A stretch of DNA of 64,000 nt from an uncultured Nitrososphaeraceae archaeon (GCA_963729045.1 CAVSMN010000012.1:320001-384000), one strand, 5' to 3'. Shown: positions 33,932-44,915, counted from the stretch's first letter. The notes: generated by a model not told the origin, from the letters alone. Numbers and translations are program-made.

Positions 33932-35272
33932 ATGGTTTTAGAATTTATCAGATCTGAAACTCATCCATCTACCATTTTCTTTATTAATGCTAATTCTCTC
34001 CAGGACAAAATAGACCTGGGAGCCTTGCTATCTCGATATTCTAGAAGCCACAAAGATGCTGAAACTTTATACAAAGAAGAATTTCTAACTAATCCAAATA
34101 GAGGAGCGGAATTCTATGCTAAGGTATTTGGCCAATATGGTGATGATTCTATTTCTGAATTAGTGCCTCATGGATTTGCTTTATGTTTAGAGAACATTCC
34201 TATATTATGGTCTACCTATCTACTCCATTATAGAACTCTATCAGCTATTGAGAAATCAACTAGATACGTAAAGGCATTTGATTATTACAAACCTGATTCT
34301 AAATATAATGCTCCAAATTTATACGATGCTTTATGTAAAAAAAGAATAGACGAATACAACAAAGCACACGATAAAGCATATAGAAAATTATCTTTAAAAA
34401 TTGACGCAAATGATTTAGAAAAGCCTGCAGTAAAGAGAGCATTAAATGCTAGGGCTTTAGACGAAACTAGGGACTTGTTACCTTTATCTACTTTTACATC
34501 CTTGGGAATCATGGCTAATCTTCGTTCCTGGCTTAACATCCTTACCAAAGAAAAAGTAAGAAATGATCCGAGTGTATATACAGCAGAACTAATAGATCCA
34601 CTTACAGAATTATTCAAAAAATATTTTCCTACCATTTTCAGCCAAGATAAAATAAACTATCTTAAAGAGGCTGAAACAGTAGCATTCGATTCAAAACTAC
34701 AATTAGAAATATCATTTAAAGAAGGTCCTGCAAATCCAAATGATACAGATGAATTTACATTAAAAAGCGAGATAGACGATGATACAAGATTAGACTATCT
34801 TTCTTATGCTTATGAAACAAAGAGAATGAAAAAGACAAAACCACTAAGGGAGACTGAAATGCTAGACTTTACTATCGCTATCCCTGATTTAGATATAGCA
34901 GCATTTAGAGATATACAAAGACACAGATATTTCACAATACAAATCAATAAATGGGAAAATTATCAATCAACAGATGAAGAATTTATTTTATTATCCTCTC
35001 CTCTCTCTACAACTATAGATATAACTATTAAGGGAAATCTAAGACAATGGACTCATGCTATAGAATTAAGAACTCAAGAGCAAGGTCATCCAAATTATAG
35101 AAGAATATTTCAAAGCTGTGGTATAGTAATCGCTAAACAATTAGACATAGACAAGGAAGAATTATTTCCTTATGCAGATTGGCGTAGTGATGAAGAAATT
35201 AACGGGTTAGGCAGACTCAAATCAGAAGAAAAGAAGCAGAATAATGATATAGGAGATTCTAATCTAACATGA
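33932..35272 (+). CDS. thyX: FAD-dependent thymidylate synthase, tandem-domain type
   Basis: LSRYSRS, YGDDSISEL, EKSTRY, FRDIQRHR, NLRQ..H.IELRT..QGHPNYR. Confidence 0.9.
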   Translation: MVLEFIRSETHPSTIFFINANSLQDKIDLGALLSRYSRSHKDAETLYKEEFLTNPNRGAEFYAKVFGQYGDDSISELVPHGFALCLENIPILWSTYLLHYRTLSAIEKSTRYVKAFDYYKPDSKYNAPNLYDALCKKRIDEYNKAHDKAYRKLSLKIDANDLEKPAVKRALNARALDETRDLLPLSTFTSLGIMANLRSWLNILTKEKVRNDPSVYTAELIDPLTELFKKYFPTIFSQDKINYLKEAETVAFDSKLQLEISFKEGPANPNDTDEFTLKSEIDDDTRLDYLSYAYETKRMKKTKPLRETEMLDFTIAIPDLDIAAFRDIQRHRYFTIQINKWENYQSTDEEFILLSSPLSTTIDITIKGNLRQWTHAIELRTQEQGHPNYRRIFQSCGIVIAKQLDIDKEELFPYADWRSDEEINGLGRLKSEEKKQNNDIGDSNLT

Positions 35273-35694
35273 GTTCAGACTTTTATGATGCTAATTCACC
35301 TATCGGAGACACGATATTAGAGGATAAATCCCCTGCAGATATTGATGAAGATATAACTTTATGTGATTCATGTTCTAACATTATATTAGTTCCCTATCAA
35401 GAGAACAAATTAATCTGCACTCGATGCGGGAATATATATGATCCACATTACGAATTAGTCCAGATCCAAGATAAAGAAACAACATTAGATGAATTATCAT
35501 CACAAGGAGAATTAGGATATAAGGATGAAAGTAAGAAACCCATATCAAAAACTCTAAATCATAAAGAAGCAAGACTAGAAAATATAGAATATGTAAAGAA
35601 AGAATTTGAAAGATACAGACAAATAGAAATCATTGATAAAGACGTAATTACTAATAAAATATCAAAGAGGCCAAAGGTAAACAACAATGAATAA
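35269..35694 (+). CDS. Zinc-ribbon hypothetical protein
   Basis: CDSC...CTRC; 4-nt overlap with the thyX stop. Confidence 0.75.
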   Translation: MSSDFYDANSPIGDTILEDKSPADIDEDITLCDSCSNIILVPYQENKLICTRCGNIYDPHYELVQIQDKETTLDELSSQGELGYKDESKKPISKTLNHKEARLENIEYVKKEFERYRQIEIIDKDVITNKISKRPKVNNNE

Positions 35695-35857
35695 TGAAAG
35701 ACTGAGAGAATTGTTAAACTCTCTTAATGATATACATGAATCCCTAATAAATATACGAAATGAAAGACAGCGAGAAGTGGATAAAATAGAGAGAGAAAGA
35801 ATTAAGATATATCATATTATGAAAGACTTGTCAGATGAGATAGACAAGAATGACTAA
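35687..35857 (+). CDS. 56-aa coiled-coil protein
   Basis: MNNERLRELLNSL...DKND; overlaps the previous stop. Confidence 0.6.
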   Translation: MNNERLRELLNSLNDIHESLINIRNERQREVDKIERERIKIYHIMKDLSDEIDKND

Positions 35858-35939
35858 TTCCTACATTATATTCCATTAATTTTACATTAATACCCTTGTA
35901 ATTCTAAAGTCTTTTAATAGATAATTACTTTAAGTGTAT

Positions 35940-36092
35940 ATGGTTCAAATAGATTTTACAGAAGATGACATAAAGAATCTAAAAACACTATTACAATTCT
36001 CTAAAGATGCATGTCCTGTTGAGAGTCTAGAGGGGAATATGGATAATGACTATCTTGATACCCTAATTGATAAGTTAGAAAAGGCAAAATAA
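35940..36092 (+). CDS. 50-aa hypothetical protein
   Basis: MVQIDFTEDDIKNLKTLLQFSKDACPVESL...; TATA-like ttttaata upstream. Confidence 0.6.
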   Translation: MVQIDFTEDDIKNLKTLLQFSKDACPVESLEGNMDNDYLDTLIDKLEKAK

Positions 36093-36142
36093 ATAACTAT
36101 TATTCATCATCTATTCTTATTTTATGAGGATATTATCGGGCC

Positions 36143-36307
36143 ATGAAAGTAACAAAGGAAATGAAAGAAAAAATCAACAATAATGGTTTTGTTGTAGATT
36201 ACATTTATTGTAGTGAATGTTCTAATTTCACATCTCTCAAGGACTATGAAATAGGAGACGATGTAACCTGTCAGTATTGCAAAAAAGATAAGAATATTGT
36301 AGAATAA
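36143..36307 (+). CDS. 54-aa zinc-finger protein
   Basis: MKVTKEMKEKI...CSEC...CQYC. Confidence 0.6.
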   Translation: MKVTKEMKEKINNNGFVVDYIYCSECSNFTSLKDYEIGDDVTCQYCKKDKNIVE

Positions 36308-36605
36308 TAAACAATATGAAGCTCACAAAAGAAATCAAGGAGAGAATAGATTACAGAGGTAAGAGCTTAAAAATATCTAGAAGTTGTAATAAAGGAAGTT
36401 AAGAAAGAAGAAAAATTCCCTGACTCCTGATTTTGTTACTAATCTAACATTTCCATTTGAGGCTTGAGACTTGCACTTTTATTTATAAAGGGGGTAAATA
36501 ATAATTATCAATAGATAGATACTATAATCAAGTAAAGTGTTTCTTGTTGAATCTTTCTTGAGATCTTATCAGAGGTAAAGTATGATTGATCCGAAAAACT
36601 AAATA

Positions 36606-37224
36606 TCAATTTCTTAGCCTTTCGATAATTAGCTTTTTATTTAGGGAAAATAGTTTTGGATAACTGTAAGAACTGGTAGGAGTCAAATTTGTCTTTAGAT
36701 AGTTTGATAACAACAACTGAGCTATTACTTTCATATTTTTTCTCTCATCTTTATTTATTTTCCTACCAGCAAATAGATCGATACCAATACTCCACCAAAC
36801 AACATTCTTGTTATTCACAAGATTTAATGTCGTAATTTCAATGGAACGATCAGGAACACCTTTATTTAAAACTGGTAGCAATAAATCGTCCTTAGATCTG
36901 AATTTATATCTTGACCTTTCTTTCATTACTCTTATCCATGGATGTACGGGATTCTCAGCTATTTGTTCTTCAATTTGTTTGTCTGTTTTTCTTTTTGAAT
37001 CCAAGAAACCTAATATTTGCTCTTTCTCTTGAATCTGATAAAACGGTGTGTTTTCTCCTATATGTTCTGCATATCTTATCAAAACCTTTAGTAAACCATT
37101 TTGATAATTTTCCGAGGTATTGCGTTCTGCAATATTCGTAAAAATCTCTAATTACTTGTCTATTGGTCTGATTTGTTACTTTGATTTCTATATTTTGAAT
37201 GGTTGTTGATAATTTAGCGGGCAA
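36606..37224 (-). pseudogene. Tyrosine integrase N-terminal remnant fused to an unrelated gene tail
   Basis: MPAKLSTTIQNI...IRDFYEY and YAEHIGENTPFYQIQEKEQILGFLDSK resemble the N-terminal domain of nitrososphaeral integrases (from memory); no catalytic domain; starts about 60 nt from the att copy. Confidence 0.7.
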
Positions 37225-37286
37225 TAATATACCCCCTTCTCTTACCTAATCTCCTATACAACCAAGAATTGTTGGAACCCAGATGG

Positions 37287-37309
37287 TTAACGGGCCCGAA
37301 GGGCTTCGA
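37287..37309 (-). repeat. att site: 23-bp duplicate of the tRNA-Arg 3' end
   Basis: ttaacgggcccgaagggcttcga, identical to 41528-41550. Confidence 0.92.
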
Positions 37310-37892
37310 ATCCATCAAGGATATGGGATCTGTTAATTCTATATATTTCATGCAGATAATTTATGATATTTGAAAATAGATAGATGAATAGATAATCTTG
37401 ACATGAGTGTATGTGTCTCTTTCTTATTTTATAATGAAAAATAACTATAGAACAATACTATAAATAATTTGCATTTCTTACTATTGGGAATACATTGTTT
37501 TATTAAGTAAAGTCAAGATAACATATTAATTATAGTTGTTTCAAACTATTTTATTTTCTCCTAATATTTAGGTCCAAATTGCTCAAGTTAATTACAGAAA
37601 TAGAACGAATGACCTTTGATTTCAAATAGATTAATTCATGAACAATCATATAATCGATAATTTTGACGAGAGTAAGCATCTATTGGTATCCAAGTTTCGC
37701 AGAGAAATTGTAATCGATCAGAAATAAAAAAACAGATTCAAAAATACCATTATTTCTGGTTTATGTAAAACAGAATAAAATGCCTCCGGGGTTTCCAATG
37801 GTCATGTATTATCAAGAATATTAGAATAATCTAGGTTAGCTAAATTAACGCCTGCATTTTTATGTTCGGTCATACATACACCAATAACTCGA

Positions 37893-39328
37893 CTATTTCA
37901 CAATCTGATTTCTCGCATACTGATTGATTTCGTCTTTAGCATCATCATATCCTCTCTCAAGTAATAGTTTAATTGTTCCAGTAGAGAAATCAAAAGTTTT
38001 ATTTGAAATAGTATATTCATCATTCTTGCGGTCTATGCGTAATATATCATCTATTTCTGGTCGTCCTTCAAGTAAGTCTGAATATTTGCGAATCTTTGAG
38101 AACATACCGTGGGATCGCGTATTCTGGTTCAAGATATCGTTAATAATTTCGTCTTTTAGTCCATTCTCCTTTGCCGCTTTTATTAATTTACTTATCAAGG
38201 TAATATAATCTGAAATTGCTAACATCGCAAGTTCTTCTGTCTTCGTCCGATCAGAGAAGGTTATGTCAGTATTCCTGTTAATAACCCCGTCCCGATCAGT
38301 AGGAATCTCTGCCTGTTTCGTGGGATGTAGATTGATAATACATATTCCTAGTGCTGGTATCTTGTTCCTTAATCCTCTTACTTTCCACCAATAGAGCCTG
38401 TGTAGGAGAACTAGTTGCACTAATGGAGTATTGGTCATAAGTCCGCCGTCCCAAAAATGTCGCATCTCTTTTCTGTAGCCGATCCCATCGCTGTTATTTG
38501 TCGGCCCGCTGATAAAAAGAGAATCAACTTCTATTTTAGTAAAATCAAAATTGACTGGAAAGGATCCACTTGCCATAACATGATCTGATGTAATACCCTT
38601 ATCATAGTGAACAACATGTTCAAATCCGAATTCCTTGCCGTTCTGATTTATGAATCTTCCATACTCTGTTTTTCGTGAACCATCTTCTGTTGGATAGCTG
38701 TCAAATGTGACTGGTATACCATCAGCAACGTCAACTGCTACTAGTATGAGCCTTGGCTGATCTTCTTCTTGATTGGTAGCAATTGGAAATTTTACAAATC
38801 GCTCCAAACTTCTTCGTAAAGGTTCATTATTATAGCGGTACCATGTATTATTAGAATCAAAAAACCTGCTGTCGTGTGCAGGCAAATGAGGATAAAAGAC
38901 ATTGGTACTCCGTATATCGCAAATTCTTGGGCTGAATAGTATCTTCTTGCAGCTTCTCCAGACGCAATCTTTCCATTAATTGCATGCCAATAATCCCACC
39001 AAGGTTTAAAAAATGGATTAGATCCAACTAATGATTCCTTAGAAAGGTAATTCCAGAAATCGATAAGTCTCTCTGCTGATCCCTCATAAGTCTGATTTTC
39101 TACGACATAACTTACGAGAACAGCAGAGTTGATAGCACCTATTGAAGTTCCTGCAACGATATTAAATATAGGCCGTCCCTTTTTACCTTCATCTGTATCC
39201 CTTTTAGAGAAGAATTCATACATTGCCTTGTACACTCCAGCTTCATAAGCACCAAGAGACCCTCCTCCTTGAAGTACTAAGGCTCTCTCCCTATCTGGAA
39301 CACCCGTTTGCTTCTTAATACTAGACAT
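37893..39328 (-). CDS. Patatin-like phospholipase (frameshift near 38895)
   Basis: LQGGGSLGAYEAG, GTSIG, FWDGG. Confidence 0.88.
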
Positions 39329-40126
39329 TGTTATAATAGCAAACTCATAAAAGATAAAAGATTTTATGTTAAAAAGAGACACGGTCTCTTCTCATTTAAT
39401 GGACAACCTAACCTGGACGGGGTGGACACCTGAGATGAGTCTGAATTGTTACTAACTAAGAGCTCGTCCTAAAAACTCTATAACACTTTCAAACTTGCAT
39501 GGCATTCCTCTCGTGTGATTTGACCAATCTGACTGCAAAGGCCTTAGATGTAAAGCTTCGAAGATTTAATGAAAATATCGTTATAGGTCTTCATTCCAAT
39601 CAGGCTTTGCTTGATATGTTTGATGACTAGGAGACGACGCTTAGGGAAGATATGTCCAAAATCTTCATTATGGCTGCAGATCGATTTCTAATGCTACCAT
39701 GTTCCTGTTCATGTATCGAAGGATTACAATGTGGAGCAACAAGGTCTAAAAGAGCGGATGGCCGCAGTAAACGGATTATTTCCGAAGAAATCAGAAAAGG
39801 AGAAAAAATCTTGCGGCAATTATACCTCACTTTCGTCATAATGATCACCAAATCAATTAATCTTCCTACATAGAAGTCAAGCATTCATTCTGATTATTTT
39901 AATCTTAATTTATTTCGAAATTAAATAGGAAAGTGAAATGTAAATATCAGTTCTATTTGAGCCTCCCTACTCAGTTGGACTCGTCATTGATCCTAATAAT
40001 CAGAAAACCAAGATCCATAAACATACTCACGCATTCAATCATCGATTCATCGCAATGTTGCCATCATTTTTTTGTCACTCTTGACTCTTACTGAAAGTGA
40101 GAATATTCATATACATGGACTACTTT

Positions 40127-40495
40127 TCACTCGGTACTGGATTTTTCCTTGGCACTCATTTCGATTTCTTTTGAGAGAGACCAGCTTAGTAATATTCTTA
40201 AAACCACAATCAATGCGAAAACTGCGGTTTCCTCTAGAGTTGGATCCAACAAAGACTTAAGTAAATCAGCGGCGATCAAGAAATCTAGTGCAATAAGAAG
40301 GCCTCTTAACATTCTCGTGACTAATTGGCGGACATATACCTGTCGCTGCTCTTTCCGTATTTTAGAGAGTAACAACTTGATCAAATAAAATAACCCTATT
40401 ATTACAATCGCAACTACAAATATTCCAACTATTACCTCTATAATTATGACAAGGTATTCAACAATCAGGTGAAAGATTTCTGGACTTTCTACCAA
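40127..40495 (-). CDS. DUF1622 membrane protein
   Basis: GLLIALDFLIAADLLKS..PTLEE....IVVLR.LLSWSL..EI. Confidence 0.85.
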   Translation of the reverse strand: MVESPEIFHLIVEYLVIIIEVIVGIFVVAIVIIGLFYLIKLLLSKIRKEQRQVYVRQLVTRMLRGLLIALDFLIAADLLKSLLDPTLEETAVFALIVVLRILLSWSLSKEIEMSAKEKSSTE

Positions 40496-40727
40496 GCTCT
40501 AAATTACCTTTATAATCTTAATGCTTATATCTATGTCGGATTCAGTTTTTTGGCATCATAAATTCCAACCGGATCTTTTTTTATCAAACAAGTCATATTG
40601 TATGAAACTTTTTTATTTACTAAACTTTGAACCATCTAATTATCTTTAGATTCAGAATAGGAATAACTAATAACCCAGCTGATATTTTTCCTATCTAGTA
40701 TTTCTGTAGGTTATTAACTTTAATTAG

Positions 40728-41523
40728 CTAAATTAGTATTTTATCGTTAGCATTGAACTCAATTTCATTGATAATGCTGTCATGTGAATATTCAATTCCC
40801 GTCTGATTTTTAACCAAATCTAAATATTTAGTGATACATGACCGAACCATTTTGTTATTTTCTATTAAATTGAACGATTCTGGTGCAACATCTCCATGTA
40901 CTATCGAACTACGTATAGCATAAAATTCCTGAACTCGTTTATGCATCGATTTACGATTCTTGTTGGTCTTGGGTTAACAATCTTGAACTCCTCAAACTCA
41001 ACCTATGCGTTACCGAATCCTTGGGATCTTTTTTCTTTGAAAAGAATGCTTCCATAGCAATTGCAAGATCTATGATAGTATCATCTGCATCAATTCTTTG
41101 ATAACTGTAATTGAATCTGCGAAAAGAAGTTCTAATATTAGTAAAAGGATCGTCGAGATTTTGTCTTTGTTCTATTAGTTCCAAGGTTTCGGGATAATTT
41201 CTATAGAATTCGATAAATTCAGCAAGTTTTTGAGAATTAAATAGGTATTGTGATTGACTATAAGATTCGAAACCCAGTATCTTTAATCCTGTTGTACCTG
41301 ATGAATAATCGAGAAATTCTGAAGAAAAATAATTAACGGTAAAATCTATTCCGAACCCGCCCTCTTGGAATAATCTAAATGATGTAATTAATGACGTAAA
41401 TAAGCTCAACGTAACTTGACTATCTATATCGTCTACTCGTTGATTATTAAGACAATAAATCCATCTCATAATTTCTTTTAAATTCAATAATCCAATTTGT
41501 ATCAATGAAATATTTGAACCCAT
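40728..41523 (-). CDS. HEPN-domain (ApeA/MAE_28990-like) protein; frameshift near 40950; possibly 5'-truncated
   Basis: IIDLAIAMEAFF, THRLSLRSSRLL and FYAIRSSIVHG (RxxxxH) motifs. Confidence 0.75.
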
Positions 41524-41531
41524 GTGATTAA

Positions 41532-41629
41532 CGGGCCCGAAGGGCTTCGATCCCTCGACTTCCGGCTTTCTTCATAATTAGAGTATCAGATAGAAGGCAG
41601 GCGCTCTATCCATGCTGAGCTACGGACCC
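41532..41629 (-). tRNA. tRNA-Arg(UCU) with a 23-nt intron at 37/38
   Basis: GGGTCCG/CGGGCCC acceptor stem; CTTCTA[intron]A anticodon loop; CUUC/GAAG helix of a bulge-helix-bulge. Confidence 0.92.
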
Positions 41630-42039
41630 TTAAAAAACTGTGATTGGTACTTCCCTATAAAATTGTTGGGCTCTAAATCGAATCCGTTCATTTGACGAAT
41701 ATGGTTCTATGCAATGATGATTTAGAAACAGATTCATTCGATCTGTCAAAGACTTTGCCAATCATAAAAAGAATGTGTTGTGCTTTCATGTAGACTTATG
41801 ATGTTAGTTTGGATAAATGATATTTTGGTTATCATTTTGGATCATAATGATGATTGGCACCTGCCTCCTTCATAATATAGACTTGTAGTTGACTCTGTAC
41901 TCTCTAAAAAAAATGGGAATAGACTGGGCAGCTAAAAGATAAATCAAATACATATTCACGAACATAGCAAGTTAAATGTTCAATAGTCCCCGAATATTTG
42001 CTATCCTAACCATTGTATTTGATTTATAATTGTAAGATC

Positions 42040-42101
42040 AACGGTGTGTTTGCGGTATGTTTACGGTGTGTTTACGGTGTTTACGGTGTGTTGCGGTGTG
42101 T
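42040..42101. repeat. About six imperfect 9-11-bp tandem repeats (TRCGGTGTGTT)
   Basis: acggtgtgtt tgcggtatgt ttacggtgtg tttacggtgt ttacggtgtg ttgcggtgtg. Confidence 0.85.
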
Positions 42102-42406
42102 CAGACACCAGATTTAGTTAAAAAGGAGATAAAGAGTTTTTGGGTTTAGACTTTAAACCAGCAAGAATATCTAAAGAGGTTATCGAGAAGATGATTCCAG
42201 GACTATTCTAGATGAAGATGCAATAGTCAACCCCATTCGAATACTATGCTATTACAGATAGAATTTCTTCTAGATAATTCTGATGTTAGACATGAAAGAA
42301 AAGTAATAAAGGTCTAATATGTACAATATCCAAAACCGGAGAGCACCGATAGACAATGCCGGCTTTTAGGAAATAAATGACACAGGCAAAAAGAGTTAAT
42401 TATATG

Positions 42407-42426
42407 TCTGATATCATGATATCAGA
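42407..42426. repeat. Perfect 20-bp palindrome
   Basis: tctgatatcatgatatcaga. Confidence 0.9.
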
Positions 42427-43266
42427 TTTTTTAGTCAGGCAAGGACGATGAATCATGATATATCAAGGACTAATGAATTAAAATGATTTAACCATGAGCA
42501 CAATGGGCTGCACAGAACCTTACTTTTAAGTGGTTTATGAATATGTTCCAAGTATAGTGTTTACCAGTCAATATTGTTCTATTGATATAAAAGCGACACC
42601 AAGGGATACCAGCACTGTCATAATTACCCAAAATATATCTGTATATAAGACGTATCTGCTTATATAACATTAGTTCATCGCCGTGTCAGAGAAATACTAG
42701 TGCTATATGATTTTTTAGCAATGAAAAATGGGGATTAAGGACCAAACAGTAGTTTTAAAAATGATTGTATAATTTATGAAGAGAAAGGGGAAGAAGGTCG
42801 AAAATAGTTTTTCTATAGCGCAAGCCTTTCTCTAAATAGTCAAATATTGCTATAAAATCCCGAGATGTATCTTAAATCGTCGCAATCTCATTGATTGAAG
42901 TTCCCCCAGTATTATGATGTTTTATCGACACACGAGACAACAAGATAGAATTAATAACCCGCAATTGCTGTCTTGAAGACCCACTTATAGGAAATCAGAT
43001 TGATTAATTGCCATTAAGATTAAAGATTCACAACAATTTAGGGTTGCTCTCTATTCGACAATATATTTTTATGATATGAAGATACCTCTAAATAAACTTC
43101 AGAGGTTTTAATCTGCCCTTCACTAGTGCATTTTCTATCTTTCAAAAGTGCTTATAATAAAGTTAATATCCGCAATAGACATACAAATTGATATCAACTG
43201 CAAAGCAACTCTTAATAATTACGGAAAAGATGTTAACAAAAATGGGGTGAATAGAATCATTGAAAG

Positions 43267-43842
43267 ATGACGAAAAAGGTCCAAAATAATGAGAATAATG
43301 ATACGGCTAAACTACCCTTCGTTAATGAAAAATTCGTAGATTTATTTGAAAATTTCTTCAAGCAGTTGACAGAATTGAATAAGATTTCTACAGTTGGTCC
43401 ATTTATTTCCATGATAAATGATCCTCAGATTAATATGAATAACATGAGGGAATATGGAAATGTTTTGATTAACTATCAAAGATATCTCAATAAATATTTG
43501 ACCCAAATGATTAATTCATATCTTCTGGCCTTGGACAAAGTTTCTGCAGGAATAGATGGCAAAAATGCACATGAAACTCGCATGCTAATAATTAATTCAT
43601 TTGAAGATGTTTTCTCTAGTATGTTTGAGTCGACAGATTTTTCAATCAATTATAACAATCTAATTAATATATATATTGATTTAAACAAGAGTTATCAAAA
43701 ATTTTATGATGCCTCGCTTCCTATGTTGAACAGACAGTCGTTGAGTAAAGAAGAAAAAGATTTATTGTTCAAAGAGCTATATGAAATAAAGAAGATTACT
43801 TTAGAAATCAAAAACAAGATGAAAGAGAGAAAAAATGAATAA
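43267..43842 (+). CDS. phaE: PHA synthase subunit PhaE
   Basis: Helical protein overlapping phaC; EDVFSSMFESTDFS and C-terminal L.KELYEIKK. Confidence 0.75.
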   Translation: MTKKVQNNENNDTAKLPFVNEKFVDLFENFFKQLTELNKISTVGPFISMINDPQINMNNMREYGNVLINYQRYLNKYLTQMINSYLLALDKVSAGIDGKNAHETRMLIINSFEDVFSSMFESTDFSINYNNLINIYIDLNKSYQKFYDASLPMLNRQSLSKEEKDLLFKELYEIKKITLEIKNKMKERKNE

Positions 43843-44908
43843 AACTATTTTGGATCACTATTTGAATGAATATGTGAATTTTGTAAACGAACCTGAAAAT
43901 TTTAGAAAATTAACAGAGATGAAAAGATTATTATCAAATATAGAAAAAATTAAAACAGGACAAACCGAATATGAGGTCATCAAGGAGACCGGTCTTTTTC
44001 GATTGTTGCATTATAAGTCAACTAAAGAACGTGTTTACAAATATCCTTTGATTATAGTTTATGCCCTAATCAACAAGTCATACATCCTAGATTTGCAACC
44101 AAACAAAAGTTGGATAAAAAATATTCTAGATCAAGGCATAAACGTATACCTTGTTGACTGGAAGTCACCGGGCAAATTTGATAAATTTACAACTATTGAT
44201 GATTACGTCAATCTTTTTATTTATGATTGCGTGGAGATTGTAAAAAGCATTGAGAACATAGACAAGGTTTCACTTCAGGGCTATTGTATGGGTGCTACAA
44301 TGTCGTTAATTTATACGTCATTGTATCAGAAAAATGTGAAGAATTTGATAACTGTGGCTCCAGTAGTAGATACCGAGAAGGATAAGACGGTCATAAAAAA
44401 TATGGCTCAGAATATGGATATTGACAAAGTTTTATCACATTATGAAAATTTCCCTTATGAGTTATTATATAGTCTATATGGATCTTTAAAACCATTCAAA
44501 CAGGGAGTAAACAAGTACTTGAATCTGTTTGATAATCTTAAAGATGAAAGTTTTGTTCAAAATTTCTTGAGAGTTGAAAAGTGGTTGTATGATACACCTC
44601 CAATAGCAGGAGAAACATTTAGGCAGTGGATTAAAGATATTTATCAGAAGAACCTTTTTTCAAAAAACAAATTGGTTGTGGGTGAAAATCGGATAAATCT
44701 AGCAAACATCAAAGTCCCTTTATTAAATGTAGTAGCGGACCAAGACCATCTAGTATCTCCGGAATGTAGTGTTTCTCTGAATAATCTTGTATCAAGCACA
44801 GATAAGAATTTGATGAGATTTTCGACTGGTCACGTAGGATTGATTGCTAGTGGGTATTCTCAAAACGTGGTGTTGCCCAAGTTGGGCAATTGGATAAAGA
44901 TTCATTGA
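43835..44908 (+). CDS. phaC: Class III PHA synthase PhaC
   Basis: VYALINKSYILDLQP, GYCMG lipase box, DHLV, TGHVG. Confidence 0.93.
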   Translation: MNKTILDHYLNEYVNFVNEPENFRKLTEMKRLLSNIEKIKTGQTEYEVIKETGLFRLLHYKSTKERVYKYPLIIVYALINKSYILDLQPNKSWIKNILDQGINVYLVDWKSPGKFDKFTTIDDYVNLFIYDCVEIVKSIENIDKVSLQGYCMGATMSLIYTSLYQKNVKNLITVAPVVDTEKDKTVIKNMAQNMDIDKVLSHYENFPYELLYSLYGSLKPFKQGVNKYLNLFDNLKDESFVQNFLRVEKWLYDTPPIAGETFRQWIKDIYQKNLFSKNKLVVGENRINLANIKVPLLNVVADQDHLVSPECSVSLNNLVSSTDKNLMRFSTGHVGLIASGYSQNVVLPKLGNWIKIH

Positions 44909-44915
44909 ATCTATT

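Larger units (their letters stand above)
33790..36402 (+). mobile_element. Virus/plasmid-like gene cluster remnant
   Basis: Tightly packed co-directional small Zn-finger ORFs around thyX; A-rich coding strand; truncated ends; integrase remnant nearby. Confidence 0.6.
37287..41550. mobile_element. About 4.3-kb integrated segment bounded by tRNA-Arg direct repeats
   Basis: 23-bp direct repeats; cargo is patatin, DUF1622 and HEPN genes; no integrase inside. Confidence 0.75.

Noticed and set aside
33910..36580. 12-bp direct repeat tcagaggtaaag at 33910 and 36569 as island boundaries
   Set aside because: The left copy lies inside a coding region that continues upstream to 33790; short and plausibly chance or SD-like
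39627..39884. Overlapping ORFs on both strands
   Set aside because: No recognisable motif; probably decayed sequence
42040..42101. CRISPR array
   Set aside because: Units are about 11 bp with no spacers, and no cas genes are present
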